Of a stretch of DNA of 64,000 nt, positions 30,350 through 40,382 are shown piece after piece. Both the position numbers and the translations under genes were made by a program. The notes below the pieces were generated by a model. It ran no database searches. It worked only from the letters and a program-made list of their open reading frames with translations, and was not told the origin of the DNA. Source of the DNA: Roseibacillus sp. (GTDB lineage: Bacteria; Verrucomicrobiota; Verrucomicrobiia; Verrucomicrobiales; Akkermansiaceae); contig CBDEUM010000018.1 of assembly GCA_965242925.1 (NCBI GenBank), positions 65,041 through 129,040 of the forward strand, written 5' to 3'. Position 1 is the first letter of the stretch. Each line of letters opens with the position of its first letter.

Positions 30350-32776
30350 TCAATCAGCGCCGACTTTCAGGGGCAGGTTGATGGAGGGAAACTCGCGGAG
30401 AGTGAGACCGATCATGGCACCGAACTCGTCGTCGTAACGGTGGTTGCGGTGGAAAAGTCCGAGTGAGACGACCCAGTTGTCGAAGGTGCGGTGGACAGAG
30501 TAGTGCTGGTATTCCAGGACACTGTCGTCGATTTCCCATCGGTGACTGAAGCCGGCTCCCCAGTCCTTGTTGAATCGTTTGAAGGCTCCGTACTCGAAGC
30601 GGATGGAATCCTGCAGGATGGGATGGTCATTGAGGAAGCGATGTCGGACAGTGAGCTCCAGGTTGTCGGTGGGCATATAGCGGAGGGAACCCACTATCTC
30701 GGTGAAATCTCCCACTTTGCTCAGGAGTGGAAACTGGGTTTCCAGTCCCAGCTCAAGCCACGGGACGGGATGAAAATAGATTTCATTGTAGAAGTTGGAA
30801 AACTCACGATCAAATTCTGGATCTTCCTGGAACCAGTCCAGATAGGAATTGATGGAAAGCCACTCATGGCTGCCGCCGTCGCGCTTTGTAAGGAAGCGGT
30901 TGCGAACGCCCAGACGGATGATGGTCCAGTCCTCAATATCGTCGATGGCAGTGAAGCGGCCTATCCCCAGCGGGCGGGGACGGGTGCTGGTGGTGAGACG
31001 GTCGATGCGGGGAAAACTGGCATCCAGTTCGTTGGTGGCGATCCACGAGGCCCCCGCGTAGGGTTGGACGACGTGCAGGAGACTGTCCAGACCCAGGGCA
31101 TCGCTTTCTACTTCGGGAAAGGAGCGGGAGAACTTTACGGAGGCGTCGACCCCGGCGTAGATGTGGGTACGTTCTTCGTTGCCTTCAGGGCTCTCAACGT
31201 TGTGGTAGGTGGTGGAACCGAGTCCGGCCCGCGGGACGAGGTTGAGCCGGTTGTCGAGGCGCATGGGAAGGGAGAATTCCTGCCAGAGGTGGAGGCGGGT
31301 GTAGCCATGTTCGGCCAGGATGGTGTTGATTTCGGTGATGCGCGGGTCGCCGGGTTGCAGGGAGGCCGCTTCGGCCTTCAGGCTGCGACGACCAAAGGTG
31401 GGAAGGTGTTCGTTGTAGAGACCGGCCACAAATTGTCCTTCGTGCAGAATAGGCGAGTTGAAGAGGGGCTGCCGGACCTGGTCGAGGGCGAACTCGGGCA
31501 GGCGGGTATCGGTCCGGTAGAAGGAGTTGGGACGCAGCCGGGTCCACAGGGTGAGCAGGTTGCGTTCGCGCCGGTGGGTGAGAGCGAGGGTGTTGTCGGG
31601 ATTGGGTTCTACCCGGAAGGTGCTTGGGTCGTAATCCTCCAGGTAGAAGCGGTCACTGAGATAGGTCAGGTTGGCGTCGAGGTGGCTGGTGCCGCCCGGA
31701 ACTACGTCGGGGAGCCGGAGGCGGTGGCGCAACTGGAGGCGGAAACGGTTTTCGGCCACATTTGCACGCCGGATGCCACTCCGGTTTTGGGTCGAGTCGA
31801 AGTCGCGGATGTGGTAGAGCTTGAGCCAGCCTAGGTTTGGGTTTTCGCGCTGCCGGGTATCGAAGAAGTCGACCCCGGTTCCTGCACCGCGTTTGGTAAG
31901 AAGGTCGAGATGCCACTGGGAGAGCAGCCATGCGTCCCTGCGTTCACCGGTCCGGGGGTCTTTGTCGCCTCCGAGCATGAGCCCATAGCGGTTGAGGAGG
32001 TAGGGGCCCCAGTTTGAACGAGCTCCCGGGATGAAGTGGTATCCCAGTTCCGTGTTAAGAGGCTGTGCCAGATAGGGCAGCCAGAAGACCGGCCTGTCTC
32101 CGGCATAGAGCTTCATGTCGCGGAAGATGACCTTGTCGCCCGGGATGACAGTGGTCCTTGCCGCCCGCACCCAGAAGGCGGGATCCCTGATGTCGTGGGT
32201 GGTCACGCCCGCATCCTCGCCCACGAAGAGGGTGCGTCCATCACTCTGCACCATTCGAAATCTGTCGGCTTCAAGGAGAATGGGGTCCATGCCGATGCGC
32301 AGGCCGTCTCCCTCCAGGCGCTCTTCCTCATACCAGTAGGTGGCCGATTTGCCGCGATGCAGGATTGCACCCTGGTAAACGGACACATTTCCGGTGAAGC
32401 GTACGAATTTCCCCTGCAGGTTTATGACGATGTCGTCCGCAAAGAGCTGAATTCCGTTGTTGGTACGGCATTGCATGTTGCCGTGGTAGAGGATGAGTTC
32501 CTTCTTCGCGTCCCATCTGGTTTCGTAGTCCTCGCCGATGATGCGGAGACTCTCGGGCATGGTGGGGACCAGGGTGAAGGGATCCCCAGGCCCCCCGGAT
32601 CCGTTCCCCTCCGGAATGTTCAGCAATTCCTCCCCGGTGGGCGGGGGATCGATCTCCTGGCCGGAACAGGGCGGCGGGACCAGAAGGACAAGGGCGCAGG
32701 ACAGCGAAACGATCGTGCCTTTTGGCGCTTGATCGGTATTTCGGTGGTTCCCGCTCGCCACTCGCCGCAAAGGCAT
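30350..32776 (-). CDS. lptD: LPS assembly outer-membrane protein LptD
   Basis: N-terminal OstA-like strands, PVFWLPY motif, long beta-barrel region; lies near other lpt genes. Start is uncertain. Confidence 0.75.
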   Translation of the reverse strand: MPLRRVASGNHRNTDQAPKGTIVSLSCALVLLVPPPCSGQEIDPPPTGEELLNIPEGNGSGGPGDPFTLVPTMPESLRIIGEDYETRWDAKKELILYHGNMQCRTNNGIQLFADDIVINLQGKFVRFTGNVSVYQGAILHRGKSATYWYEEERLEGDGLRIGMDPILLEADRFRMVQSDGRTLFVGEDAGVTTHDIRDPAFWVRAARTTVIPGDKVIFRDMKLYAGDRPVFWLPYLAQPLNTELGYHFIPGARSNWGPYLLNRYGLMLGGDKDPRTGERRDAWLLSQWHLDLLTKRGAGTGVDFFDTRQRENPNLGWLKLYHIRDFDSTQNRSGIRRANVAENRFRLQLRHRLRLPDVVPGGTSHLDANLTYLSDRFYLEDYDPSTFRVEPNPDNTLALTHRRERNLLTLWTRLRPNSFYRTDTRLPEFALDQVRQPLFNSPILHEGQFVAGLYNEHLPTFGRRSLKAEAASLQPGDPRITEINTILAEHGYTRLHLWQEFSLPMRLDNRLNLVPRAGLGSTTYHNVESPEGNEERTHIYAGVDASVKFSRSFPEVESDALGLDSLLHVVQPYAGASWIATNELDASFPRIDRLTTSTRPRPLGIGRFTAIDDIEDWTIIRLGVRNRFLTKRDGGSHEWLSINSYLDWFQEDPEFDREFSNFYNEIYFHPVPWLELGLETQFPLLSKVGDFTEIVGSLRYMPTDNLELTVRHRFLNDHPILQDSIRFEYGAFKRFNKDWGAGFSHRWEIDDSVLEYQHYSVHRTFDNWVVSLGLFHRNHRYDDEFGAMIGLTLREFPSINLPLKVGAD

Positions 32777-32877
32777 AGGGTAATGGACTCTCATTCGGAG
32801 GCTCGAAACAATCAAAATTGTTTGGGAAATGGTCCTGCGATTTATTGAAAAGGACGGGGATACCGGGGCTTTTCAAA

Positions 32878-33059
32878 GCCGCGGTGTTCCCCGGTCGAGC
32901 CTTGCGTTGGGGTTTCGACTGGGTGCCCTGCCAAATGATCCGTTATGGGCACGGGTGTGAGGAAGACCGGATCCGCTATCTGAACGTGACAAGGGAACCT
33001 GAGGATCCCTAACAGCATGGAGATCACCCCTTCCTGTTGGGGCTATTCGAAGACGCGGC
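32878..33059 (+). ncRNA. Candidate structured non-coding RNA (6S-like size, family unassigned)
   Basis: Terminal GCCGCG/CGCGGC pair plus several internal helices containing G-U pairs; intergenic; 182 nt. Confidence 0.4.
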
Positions 33060-33136
33060 ACTCCCTGTGGGGGCGACCCGAACTTGTCCTTGTGTCGGTC
33101 CCGGTCCACTGCATGGTTGAGACACGTATTTGACCC

Positions 33137-34018
33137 ATGGCGATTCCACAGAGCACGATTGCCCTGATCTACGATTACGATCAAACGTTGAGTCCCAGCT
33201 TTATGCAGGATGACGTGCTTTTTCCCGAATTCGGGATTGATCCTGAGCAGTTCTGGAGGCGATGCGACACTCTTGTCAGGGAGCAGCAGTGGGATGGAGA
33301 ACTGGCCTACATGAAGTGTCTGCTCGACTACCTGCAGATGGATGCAGTGACCAACGCCCGGTTGGTTGAACTGGGTAGCGGACTTCGCTACTACCCGGGT
33401 GTTCCGGAAATTTTCGATGAGATCCGGTCCGCGGTTCTGCGCCCCGAGCATCACGCCGCGGGAGTCGCCATCGAACACTATATCATCTCGTCGGGTCTCA
33501 AGACCCTGCTGGAGGGAAGTAGCTTGGCGGGTAAGATGACGGCCATCTTCGGCTGCGAATTCGGCGAGGATCATGAAGGACACATCAGTTTTCCCAAGCG
33601 TACCATCTCGCATACCACCAAGACGCAGTTTCTCTTCCGGATCAACAAGGGTCTGCTCAAGCACGATGATGACGTAAATGATCACATGCCGCCTGAACTG
33701 CGGCCCATTCCGTTCGAGAACATGATCTATGTGGGTGACGGCCCCACTGACGTTCCCTGTTTCACGGTAATGAAGAGGAATGGCGGACGTGCCATTGCGG
33801 TCTACAATCCCCAGGATCCTAGCGGGCGCAGCTTTCTGAAGTGTTACAAGTTGTGTGCGCACGCTGACCGTGTGAAGCACATCGCTCCCGCGGACTACCG
33901 GAAGGGAAGTCACCTTCGAAATCTGTTGGAAGAGATGGTGTGTGAAACAGCGGACCGCATCCTGGAGCGGCGCCGCGAAGAACTGGATATTGCCACGGTG
34001 GCAGCGCCGGGGTTTTGA
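33137..34018 (+). CDS. HAD-like hydrolase
   Basis: IYDYDQTL (DxD), IISSG, K and YVGDGPTD motifs. Confidence 0.85.
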   Translation: MAIPQSTIALIYDYDQTLSPSFMQDDVLFPEFGIDPEQFWRRCDTLVREQQWDGELAYMKCLLDYLQMDAVTNARLVELGSGLRYYPGVPEIFDEIRSAVLRPEHHAAGVAIEHYIISSGLKTLLEGSSLAGKMTAIFGCEFGEDHEGHISFPKRTISHTTKTQFLFRINKGLLKHDDDVNDHMPPELRPIPFENMIYVGDGPTDVPCFTVMKRNGGRAIAVYNPQDPSGRSFLKCYKLCAHADRVKHIAPADYRKGSHLRNLLEEMVCETADRILERRREELDIATVAAPGF

Positions 34019-34080
34019 GGATTCCGGATGTTTGATGTTGAATGGGCAAGGCGGGATGCGGGATGATTCGCCGATGACAA

Positions 34081-35484
34081 ATGGCTGAGAAAAATCACTA
34101 TCATTTCATTGGTGTTTGTGGGACGGCGATGGGGGCGGTGGCTGCTGCCATGAAAGAGCGGGGGATCACGGTGACAGGATCCGATGAGCGCATTTATCCG
34201 CCCATGTCCACCTTCCTTGAGGAAAGCGGGGTGGAAATCGTGGAAGGCTATCGCGCATCGAACATCCCGGAGAGCGCGGATGTCATCATCATCGGAAATA
34301 CGATCAGTCGCGGCAACGAAGAGGCGGAGGAGGCTCTCAATCGCAAACTTCTATACCAGAGCCTGCCTGAAGTTCTGAAGGATCAGTTTTTGCGCGGAAA
34401 GCGGAATTTCGTGGTAACAGGGACGCACGGCAAGACCACTACCAGCGCGATCCTGACCTGGGTTCTGCAGTCGGCGGGTCGCGAACCCGGCTACATGATC
34501 GGAGGGATCCCGGGCAACCTGGGGCGCGGGGCATGCTTCACGGATTCCGAGCTCAACGTTCTGGAAGGCGACGAATACGACACGGCTTTCTTCGACAAGC
34601 GCTCGAAGTTCCTGCACTACCTCCCCGAGTTCGTCATCATCAACAACATCGAATTTGATCACGCGGACATTTATGACTCCCTGGACGAGATCAAGCTGAC
34701 CTTCCGGCGACTCCTGAACATTGTTCCCGGTGGCGGGTTGGCGGTAGTCAATGGGGATGATCGCAATGTCCTGAATGTGATCGAGGGGGCTCCCTGTCCG
34801 GTGCGCACACTTGGATTCGGGAAGCGTTGCGACATGAGGATCGAGGATGTTTCCTACGAAACGGATGGCAGCAGTTTCACTCTGGTAGACGAGCGTTACA
34901 CCATTCCCATGGTGGGTGAGTTCAATGTGCGCAATGCTGCCATGGCGGTGGCTGGGGGGATGTTTGCGGGACTGAGGTCCGATGAGGTTCGCAGTGCCTT
35001 TGCGAGCTTTGAGGGCATAGCCCGCCGCCAGCAACTGCGCGGAGAGGTGCGTGGGATCAGGGTGATTGATGATTTCGCCCATCATCCTACTGCGATCAGG
35101 CTCGCGGTGCAGGCTTTGCGGCAACGCTATCCCGACGCCCGACTCTGGGTGGTCTTCGAGCCGCGTTCCAACACCACCAGGCGCAACATTTTCCAGTCCG
35201 AGCTGGCGGATGCACTGGCCAGTGCCGACCGTGCGGTGGTCCCCGCCATCGCGGATCCGGAAAAGTTTGCGAAGGAGGAGCGGCTGGACCCTGAACAGCT
35301 CGTCCGTGACATCGACGCGGGGGGAGGGCAGGGAGTCTACCTCCCCACCGTGGAGGAGATAGCAGGGCATGTTGTGGCCGAGGCCGCGGCAGGCGATGTG
35401 GTGGCGATCCTCAGCAACGGCGGATTCGGAGGCCTGCATGGAATCCTGCTTGAAAGGCTGGCCGAGGCCACTACAGGGAAGTGA
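34081..35484 (+). CDS. mpl: UDP-MurNAc:tripeptide ligase (murein peptide ligase)
   Basis: HFIGVCGTAMG, GTHGKTTT, EGDEYDTAFFDKRSKF, DDFAHHPTAI and FEPRSNT motifs. Confidence 0.93.
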   Translation: MAEKNHYHFIGVCGTAMGAVAAAMKERGITVTGSDERIYPPMSTFLEESGVEIVEGYRASNIPESADVIIIGNTISRGNEEAEEALNRKLLYQSLPEVLKDQFLRGKRNFVVTGTHGKTTTSAILTWVLQSAGREPGYMIGGIPGNLGRGACFTDSELNVLEGDEYDTAFFDKRSKFLHYLPEFVIINNIEFDHADIYDSLDEIKLTFRRLLNIVPGGGLAVVNGDDRNVLNVIEGAPCPVRTLGFGKRCDMRIEDVSYETDGSSFTLVDERYTIPMVGEFNVRNAAMAVAGGMFAGLRSDEVRSAFASFEGIARRQQLRGEVRGIRVIDDFAHHPTAIRLAVQALRQRYPDARLWVVFEPRSNTTRRNIFQSELADALASADRAVVPAIADPEKFAKEERLDPEQLVRDIDAGGGQGVYLPTVEEIAGHVVAEAAAGDVVAILSNGGFGGLHGILLERLAEATTGK

Positions 35485-35533
35485 CCCAATGCCCTGGTGT
35501 CCGTTCGAGCCAGCCAGAAGGCTCCCGCATCCA

Positions 35534-36433
35534 TTAGCTCTTGTTGCTCTGTGTCGTCTTGGCGTTCGTGCGTCCGCTAAGCCGATTGTTCAGCGTGATC
35601 GAAAGGGTGAGGGCGGACATCTGATTGAGGAGACTGCGGTGATTTGAGGCGATTTTGGCAAAGGAGCGGCCGTGGTGGTTAACGAGGACGTGGCGACCGA
35701 TTTCCGAGTAGAGAATGATCATTTCACTCTCCAGGGAGCCCATGTCCGCACGGTTGCTGGAGAGGGTCTGATTGGCCTTCCCAATGTTCTGGTAGTTGCC
35801 CAGAGCTTCGTCCCGCATCTTGGAGCGCCGCGCTTCGATACGGGCATCAATGTCCCTAAGGGTGTTTTCGACCGAGTCGATCTTGACGATCAGGGCATCG
35901 CGGTGGTCGCGCAGTTCCTTGAACCGCGTCTTAAGGTTGAGGAGTTCCTGTCTGGAGGCCTCGATTTTCGGAGATTGTTGGTCGTCCTCATCGACGAGGA
36001 CTTCGAGTTTGGCCTTGATGCCGTCATGGCGCCGCTTGACCGAGCGGGCGTCGGACACGATTGTTTCACGCTCGGATTTGAGTCGTTCGCTTTTCTCGGC
36101 TAGAGCGGTCTGTTCTTCCATCAGGTCCTTGGAGCTGTCAACAACCATGCCGAGCAGTTCTGTCCGGTGCTCGTTGTAGTCCGACAGGTTGACATTGGCA
36201 GATTCGATTTTATGCGAGAGCTCCCCGTAACTCTTGGTGAGTTTGCGCAGGTTCCAGTATTCCACCGAGAGGTCCTCGATTCCTTCGACCTCTGCCCAGA
36301 CAAGGCGGCCCAGGATTTCCTCAGCTTCCCGCAGGAGATGAACTTCGGTCGCGGCGTGGGTCGCATGACGCTGCCTCATCGAAATACCGAAAGTCCGTGC
36401 TATGCGCCAGAGGAGATAATGGGTTTGGGTCAT
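35534..36433 (-). CDS. Hypothetical coiled-coil protein
   Basis: Long heptad-like helical region; starts 51 bp after the acs stop on the same strand. Confidence 0.7.
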   Translation of the reverse strand: MTQTHYLLWRIARTFGISMRQRHATHAATEVHLLREAEEILGRLVWAEVEGIEDLSVEYWNLRKLTKSYGELSHKIESANVNLSDYNEHRTELLGMVVDSSKDLMEEQTALAEKSERLKSERETIVSDARSVKRRHDGIKAKLEVLVDEDDQQSPKIEASRQELLNLKTRFKELRDHRDALIVKIDSVENTLRDIDARIEARRSKMRDEALGNYQNIGKANQTLSSNRADMGSLESEMIILYSEIGRHVLVNHHGRSFAKIASNHRSLLNQMSALTLSITLNNRLSGRTNAKTTQSNKS

Positions 36434-36484
36434 CGTTGAGGGGGTGGGATGGTGGGCGGCTGCGGTCTGCTGGGCAACGTAAAA

Positions 36485-38434
36485 TTATTTACTCAAATTC
36501 TTCTGCAGGTTGCTGACCACGCTGAAATCCTCGAGAGTCGTGATATTCCCGGTTACTCCTCCAGTGGCCACCAGTTCCTTGAGGATACGGCGCATGATCT
36601 TCCCGGAGCGGGTCTTGGGCAGAGCGGGGGTCAGGTGAATTTCGTCAGGGCGGGCGATCGCCCCGATAGCTTTGGTGACATGCGCCTTGAGATTCCTGTC
36701 AGTGGCCGCAGTTACCTTCACGCCCTCCTTGAGGGTGACAAAGGCCGCGATCCCCTGTCCCTTGATCTCGTGGGGACGGCCCACAACCGCGGCTTCCGCC
36801 ACGTCCGGGTGAGCCACCAGGGCGCTCTCTACTTCGGCAGTGCCGAGGCGGTGCCCGGAGACGTTGAGGACATCATCTAGCCGGCCCACGATCCAGAAGT
36901 TTCCCTGCTTGTCGGTGCGGGCACCGTCACCCGCGGTGTAGATACCCTTGTAATCGTTCCAGTAGGTTTTGCGGTAGCGGCCCTTGTCGCCGTAAATGGT
37001 GCGCAGCATGGAAGGCCACGGTTTGCGGATGACCAGTTTGCCGCCCTCGTCGGCCTGGCATTCGTTGCCTTCCTCGTCGAGGATGGCGGCATCCACTCCG
37101 AAGAACGGCAGGGTGGCCGTGCCCGGTTTGGTGGGAGTGCATCCGGGCAGTGGAGAGATCATGATGGCACCGGTTTCCGTCTGCCACCAGGTATCGACGA
37201 TCGGGCAGCGTCCCGCTCCGATCTTCTCATGATACCAGATCCACGCTTCGGGATTGATGGGTTCGCCTACCGTCCCGAGCAGTCGCAGGGAGGAAAGATC
37301 GTAGGCATCGGGGAACTTGTCACCGGCCTTGATGAAAGCCCGGATGGCGGTAGGAGCAGTGTAGAAGGTGGTCACTCCATACTCCTGCACGATATTCCAG
37401 AAACGGCCGAAGTCGGGATAGTTGGGTGCGCCCTCATACATCACCTGGGTCACTCCATTGGCCAGCGGGCCGAAGACGATGTAGGAGTGACCGGTGATCC
37501 AGCCTACATCGGCCGTGCACCAGTAGATGTCGTCGTCCTGCATGTCGAAGATGTACTTGCAGCTGGTGTAGGTTCCCACCAGGTAGCCGCCGCCGGTGTG
37601 GAGAATCCCTTTTGGTTTTCCGGTGGATCCGGAGGTATAGAGAATGAAGAGCGGATGTTCGCTGTCGAATCCCTTCGCAGTATGGGAAGCGGATACCTTT
37701 TCGGCTTCCTTGTGCCACCACACGTCCCGGCCGCGCCGCATGTTCACTTTCTCCCCGGTGCGCTGGTAGACGATGCAGCGCTTGACTCCCTTGTACTTCC
37801 CGAGGGCCTCATCAACGCTTTTCTTGAGTTCGACGACCTTGCCGCGTCGGTAGCCACCATCCGCGGTGATTACCGCGGTGGCCCCCGAGTCCTCAAGGCG
37901 GTCCACGATGGATTCGGCCGAAAAGCCACCGAACACGACGGAATGCACGGCTCCGATGCGGGCACAGGCCAGCATGGCGATAGCCGCCTCCGGCACCATG
38001 GGCATGTAGACCAGTACGCGATCCCGGGCCTTGATGCCGTTTGCCTCCAGTATGTTCGCGAAGCGGCAGACCTCCCGGTGGAGTTGCTGGTAGGTAAGAA
38101 CCCGCTTGTCGCCCGGTTCTCCTTCCCAGATGATGGCAGCCTTGTTCCTGCGGCCGTTGGTCAGGTGGCGGTCCACGCAGTTCTCACAGACGTTGAGACG
38201 GGCTCCGGTGAACCATTTCGCAAAGGGGGGCTTCCACTCGAGGACCTTCTTCCAGCGCTTCTGCCAGTGCAGTTCCCTGGCCTCCCGCGCCCAGAAGACG
38301 GAGGGCTTCTCGATCGACTCCTTGTACATCCGCCGGTACTGTGCCATGCTGGAAATGCGGGCCTTCTTGGAGAATTCCTTCGAGGGTTTGAAGACCCTTT
38401 CTTCGATGAGATGGCTTTCAATCTTCTTGCTCAT
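36485..38434 (-). CDS. acs: Acetyl-CoA synthetase
   Basis: [20 protein letters not shown] and [11 protein letters not shown] motifs. Confidence 0.97.
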   Translation of the reverse strand: MSKKIESHLIEERVFKPSKEFSKKARISSMAQYRRMYKESIEKPSVFWAREARELHWQKRWKKVLEWKPPFAKWFTGARLNVCENCVDRHLTNGRRNKAAIIWEGEPGDKRVLTYQQLHREVCRFANILEANGIKARDRVLVYMPMVPEAAIAMLACARIGAVHSVVFGGFSAESIVDRLEDSGATAVITADGGYRRGKVVELKKSVDEALGKYKGVKRCIVYQRTGEKVNMRRGRDVWWHKEAEKVSASHTAKGFDSEHPLFILYTSGSTGKPKGILHTGGGYLVGTYTSCKYIFDMQDDDIYWCTADVGWITGHSYIVFGPLANGVTQVMYEGAPNYPDFGRFWNIVQEYGVTTFYTAPTAIRAFIKAGDKFPDAYDLSSLRLLGTVGEPINPEAWIWYHEKIGAGRCPIVDTWWQTETGAIMISPLPGCTPTKPGTATLPFFGVDAAILDEEGNECQADEGGKLVIRKPWPSMLRTIYGDKGRYRKTYWNDYKGIYTAGDGARTDKQGNFWIVGRLDDVLNVSGHRLGTAEVESALVAHPDVAEAAVVGRPHEIKGQGIAAFVTLKEGVKVTAATDRNLKAHVTKAIGAIARPDEIHLTPALPKTRSGKIMRRILKELVATGGVTGNITTLEDFSVVSNLQKNLSK

Positions 38435-38506
38435 GACCTGACTGGGAGCTTGGTGTGAGTGGTTGTTTACTCGACGGGGCGGTTGGTTGCAAGGAAGGGC
38501 ACGGGA

Positions 38507-39226
38507 TCAGGAATGGCGGGGTGGATCGACACTGAGCATTTCGGTTTCGTGGCGTTCCAGGTGGCGCCACCGGCCGAGGGGCAGGTCCGGGTCGGTGAGG
38601 CGCCCGATGCGGATGCGGAAGAGCTTGTCAACCTGGCTGCCGAGCGTTTTGAACATTTCACGGATCTGGCGCTTGAGTCCGGTCTCGAGGACGATGGAAA
38701 CGCGGCGGGGCGAGAGTCGTTTGAAAGACTTGGCGCGGGCGTGGCCCTCCGGAGTATGAACTCCGTCGATGAGTTTTTTCAGGTCACGATGATCGACCGA
38801 GGCGGTGAGGGTCACCCGATATTCCTTTTCGACCCTGTTGCTTGGATGGGTGAGTCGGTTGGCCAGTTCGCCGTCGTTGGTCAGCACAAGGAGGCCTTCC
38901 GAATCGCGATCGAGACGACCAACGTGATTAAGGTGTTTAAACTTGGGGGGAAGAAGTTCGTAGATGGTGGCCCGGCCCAGTTCGTCCTGCTTGGAACAGA
39001 CGTAGCCGCGTGGTTTCTTGAAGAGGATGGTAGTGGTCTGCCGTGGAGAAACCCGTTTTCCGTCGAACCGCACGACATCATCGTCCTTTACGCGGGTGGC
39101 TGGGTTGGTGCAGGCCTCCCCATTGAGGGTCACGCCGCCTTCCTGAATGAGAGTGTCGCAGGCACGTCTGGAGCCGATCCCGCAGGAGGCGAGAAACTTG
39201 TTCAGGCGGGTGCCTTCGGAAATCAT
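38507..39226 (-). CDS. rRNA pseudouridine synthase (RsuA/RluB family) with S4 domain
   Basis: RLNKFLA..G..SRR S4 motif; VGRLDRDSEGLL catalytic motif. Confidence 0.92.
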   Translation of the reverse strand: MISEGTRLNKFLASCGIGSRRACDTLIQEGGVTLNGEACTNPATRVKDDDVVRFDGKRVSPRQTTTILFKKPRGYVCSKQDELGRATIYELLPPKFKHLNHVGRLDRDSEGLLVLTNDGELANRLTHPSNRVEKEYRVTLTASVDHRDLKKLIDGVHTPEGHARAKSFKRLSPRRVSIVLETGLKRQIREMFKTLGSQVDKLFRIRIGRLTDPDLPLGRWRHLERHETEMLSVDPPRHS

Positions 39227-39242
39227 GACGGAATGCGGGACA

Positions 39243-39275
39243 GAGAAGGCGGAACCCTCCGGTTCCGCCTTTCTC
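39243..39275 (-). terminator. Strong hairpin after the small basic protein gene
   Basis: AAGGCGGAACC-CTCC-GGTTCCGCCTT perfect 11-bp stem; weak U-tract. Confidence 0.55.
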
Positions 39276-39304
39276 GAGATTCGAAATATGAATGGAAAGC
39301 TGCC

Positions 39305-39460
39305 CTAGTCCTCGGACTTGGTTTTCGGCAGGCCGATGGGGCTCTGGCCCTCTTTCCACTGATCGCGCTCCTTGAGGAGCTTGACGCGCTCGAAGCGCTT
39401 GAGGACCGAGCGCTTGCCGATGGCGCCACCGCTGATTTTCAGGCTGTTGTGCTTGGACAT
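39305..39460 (-). CDS. Small basic protein of the PVC superphylum (51 aa)
   Basis: MSKHNSLK...KRSVLKRFERV..L...W..G.SP.GLPK matches the PVC signature small basic protein; ATG at 39460. Confidence 0.85.
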   Translation of the reverse strand: MSKHNSLKISGGAIGKRSVLKRFERVKLLKERDQWKEGQSPIGLPKTKSED

Positions 39461-39555
39461 GGGATTTGGCGGTTCGGGGTGGGGGGACGGGAAGCTAGGG
39501 GGAATCCGGATCTTTGGCAAGGGGGAAGTCCGGACTGCCCCATCTGCCCGGGAGA

Positions 39556-40101
39556 TCAAATCATCCCGAGCTTCATCTTGCCCTCTTCGGAGATCATCTC
39601 CTGATTCCAGGGAGGATCCCAGACCAGTTCCACCCGGGCGTCGTCAATCTGGTCGATCGTCATGATGCGAGCCTGTGCATCAGCTGCGATGGCTGGGCCC
39701 ATCCCGCAGCCAGGGGCGGTAAGGGTCATTTTGATGAACACCACGTCCTTGCCGTCTTCATCGTCCACCGTGCAGTCGTAGACCAGTCCAAGGTTGACGA
39801 TGTCGACGGGAATTTCGGGATCGTAGACCTGCTTGAGCTGATGCCAGACCTGATCGGCGACCGGGGCTTCCTTCATCTGCTCGTCTCCCCGGGATTTTTC
39901 CTCCGTGTCGGCCTGATCGATTCCGAGGGCATCGGCATCATCGGAAGAGATGCGGGCCAGTCCGGCCGAGGTAGCCACCGTATAGGTGCCTCCGAGATTC
40001 TGAGTAATCACCACCACGGTGCCGGTCGGAAGGGAGATGGTGTCACCAGATGGAATCTGGATGGCACTGATTTCGCGGGGGAGCGTAATTTCCTTGTTCA
40101 T
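39556..40101 (-). CDS. sufT: Putative Fe-S cluster assembly protein SufT (DUF59)
   Basis: YDPEIPVDIVNLGLVY, MTLTAPGCGMG and LVWDPPW motifs; N-terminal IPSG..TQ.LGG.YT extension. Confidence 0.88.
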   Translation of the reverse strand: MNKEITLPREISAIQIPSGDTISLPTGTVVVITQNLGGTYTVATSAGLARISSDDADALGIDQADTEEKSRGDEQMKEAPVADQVWHQLKQVYDPEIPVDIVNLGLVYDCTVDDEDGKDVVFIKMTLTAPGCGMGPAIAADAQARIMTIDQIDDARVELVWDPPWNQEMISEEGKMKLGMI

Positions 40102-40382
40102 GGGGAGGTTTGGAAGTCAGCGTTCCCTGGGTGTTTGTCTTCCTCGTCCAGGGGAACGATCCGGGAGGAATCCACCGTGATGGCGGTCTGGTATCCGAAT
40201 GGCTGGAAGGACGCGCGGTCGATGATGTTCCGGCCGTCTCTCCCGAAGAACTTGAACCCCATCCGCAGTTTCTCACCGCGATCGGCCGAGCGGCCGCTGT
40301 CCACCACGTCGGGATCTTCCATTTCGCCCACGTTCAGGCGATTGGTCGAGACCTGGCAGGCTCTGTCATCAAATCCGTCCAT
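40098..40382 (-). CDS. Small hypothetical protein translationally coupled to sufT
   Basis: ATGA 4-bp overlap with sufT; ATG at 40382. Confidence 0.5.
   Translation of the reverse strand: MDGFDDRACQVSTNRLNVGEMEDPDVVDSGRSADRGEKLRMGFKFFGRDGRNIIDRASFQPFGYQTAITVDSSRIVPLDEEDKHPGNADFQTSP

Noticed and set aside
32905..32975. tmRNA (GGGG..TTCGAC) or RNase P (GAGGAA..CCGG) resemblance
   Set aside because: The element is too short, has no tag reading frame or tRNA-like CCA end, and lacks the remaining RNase P conserved regions.
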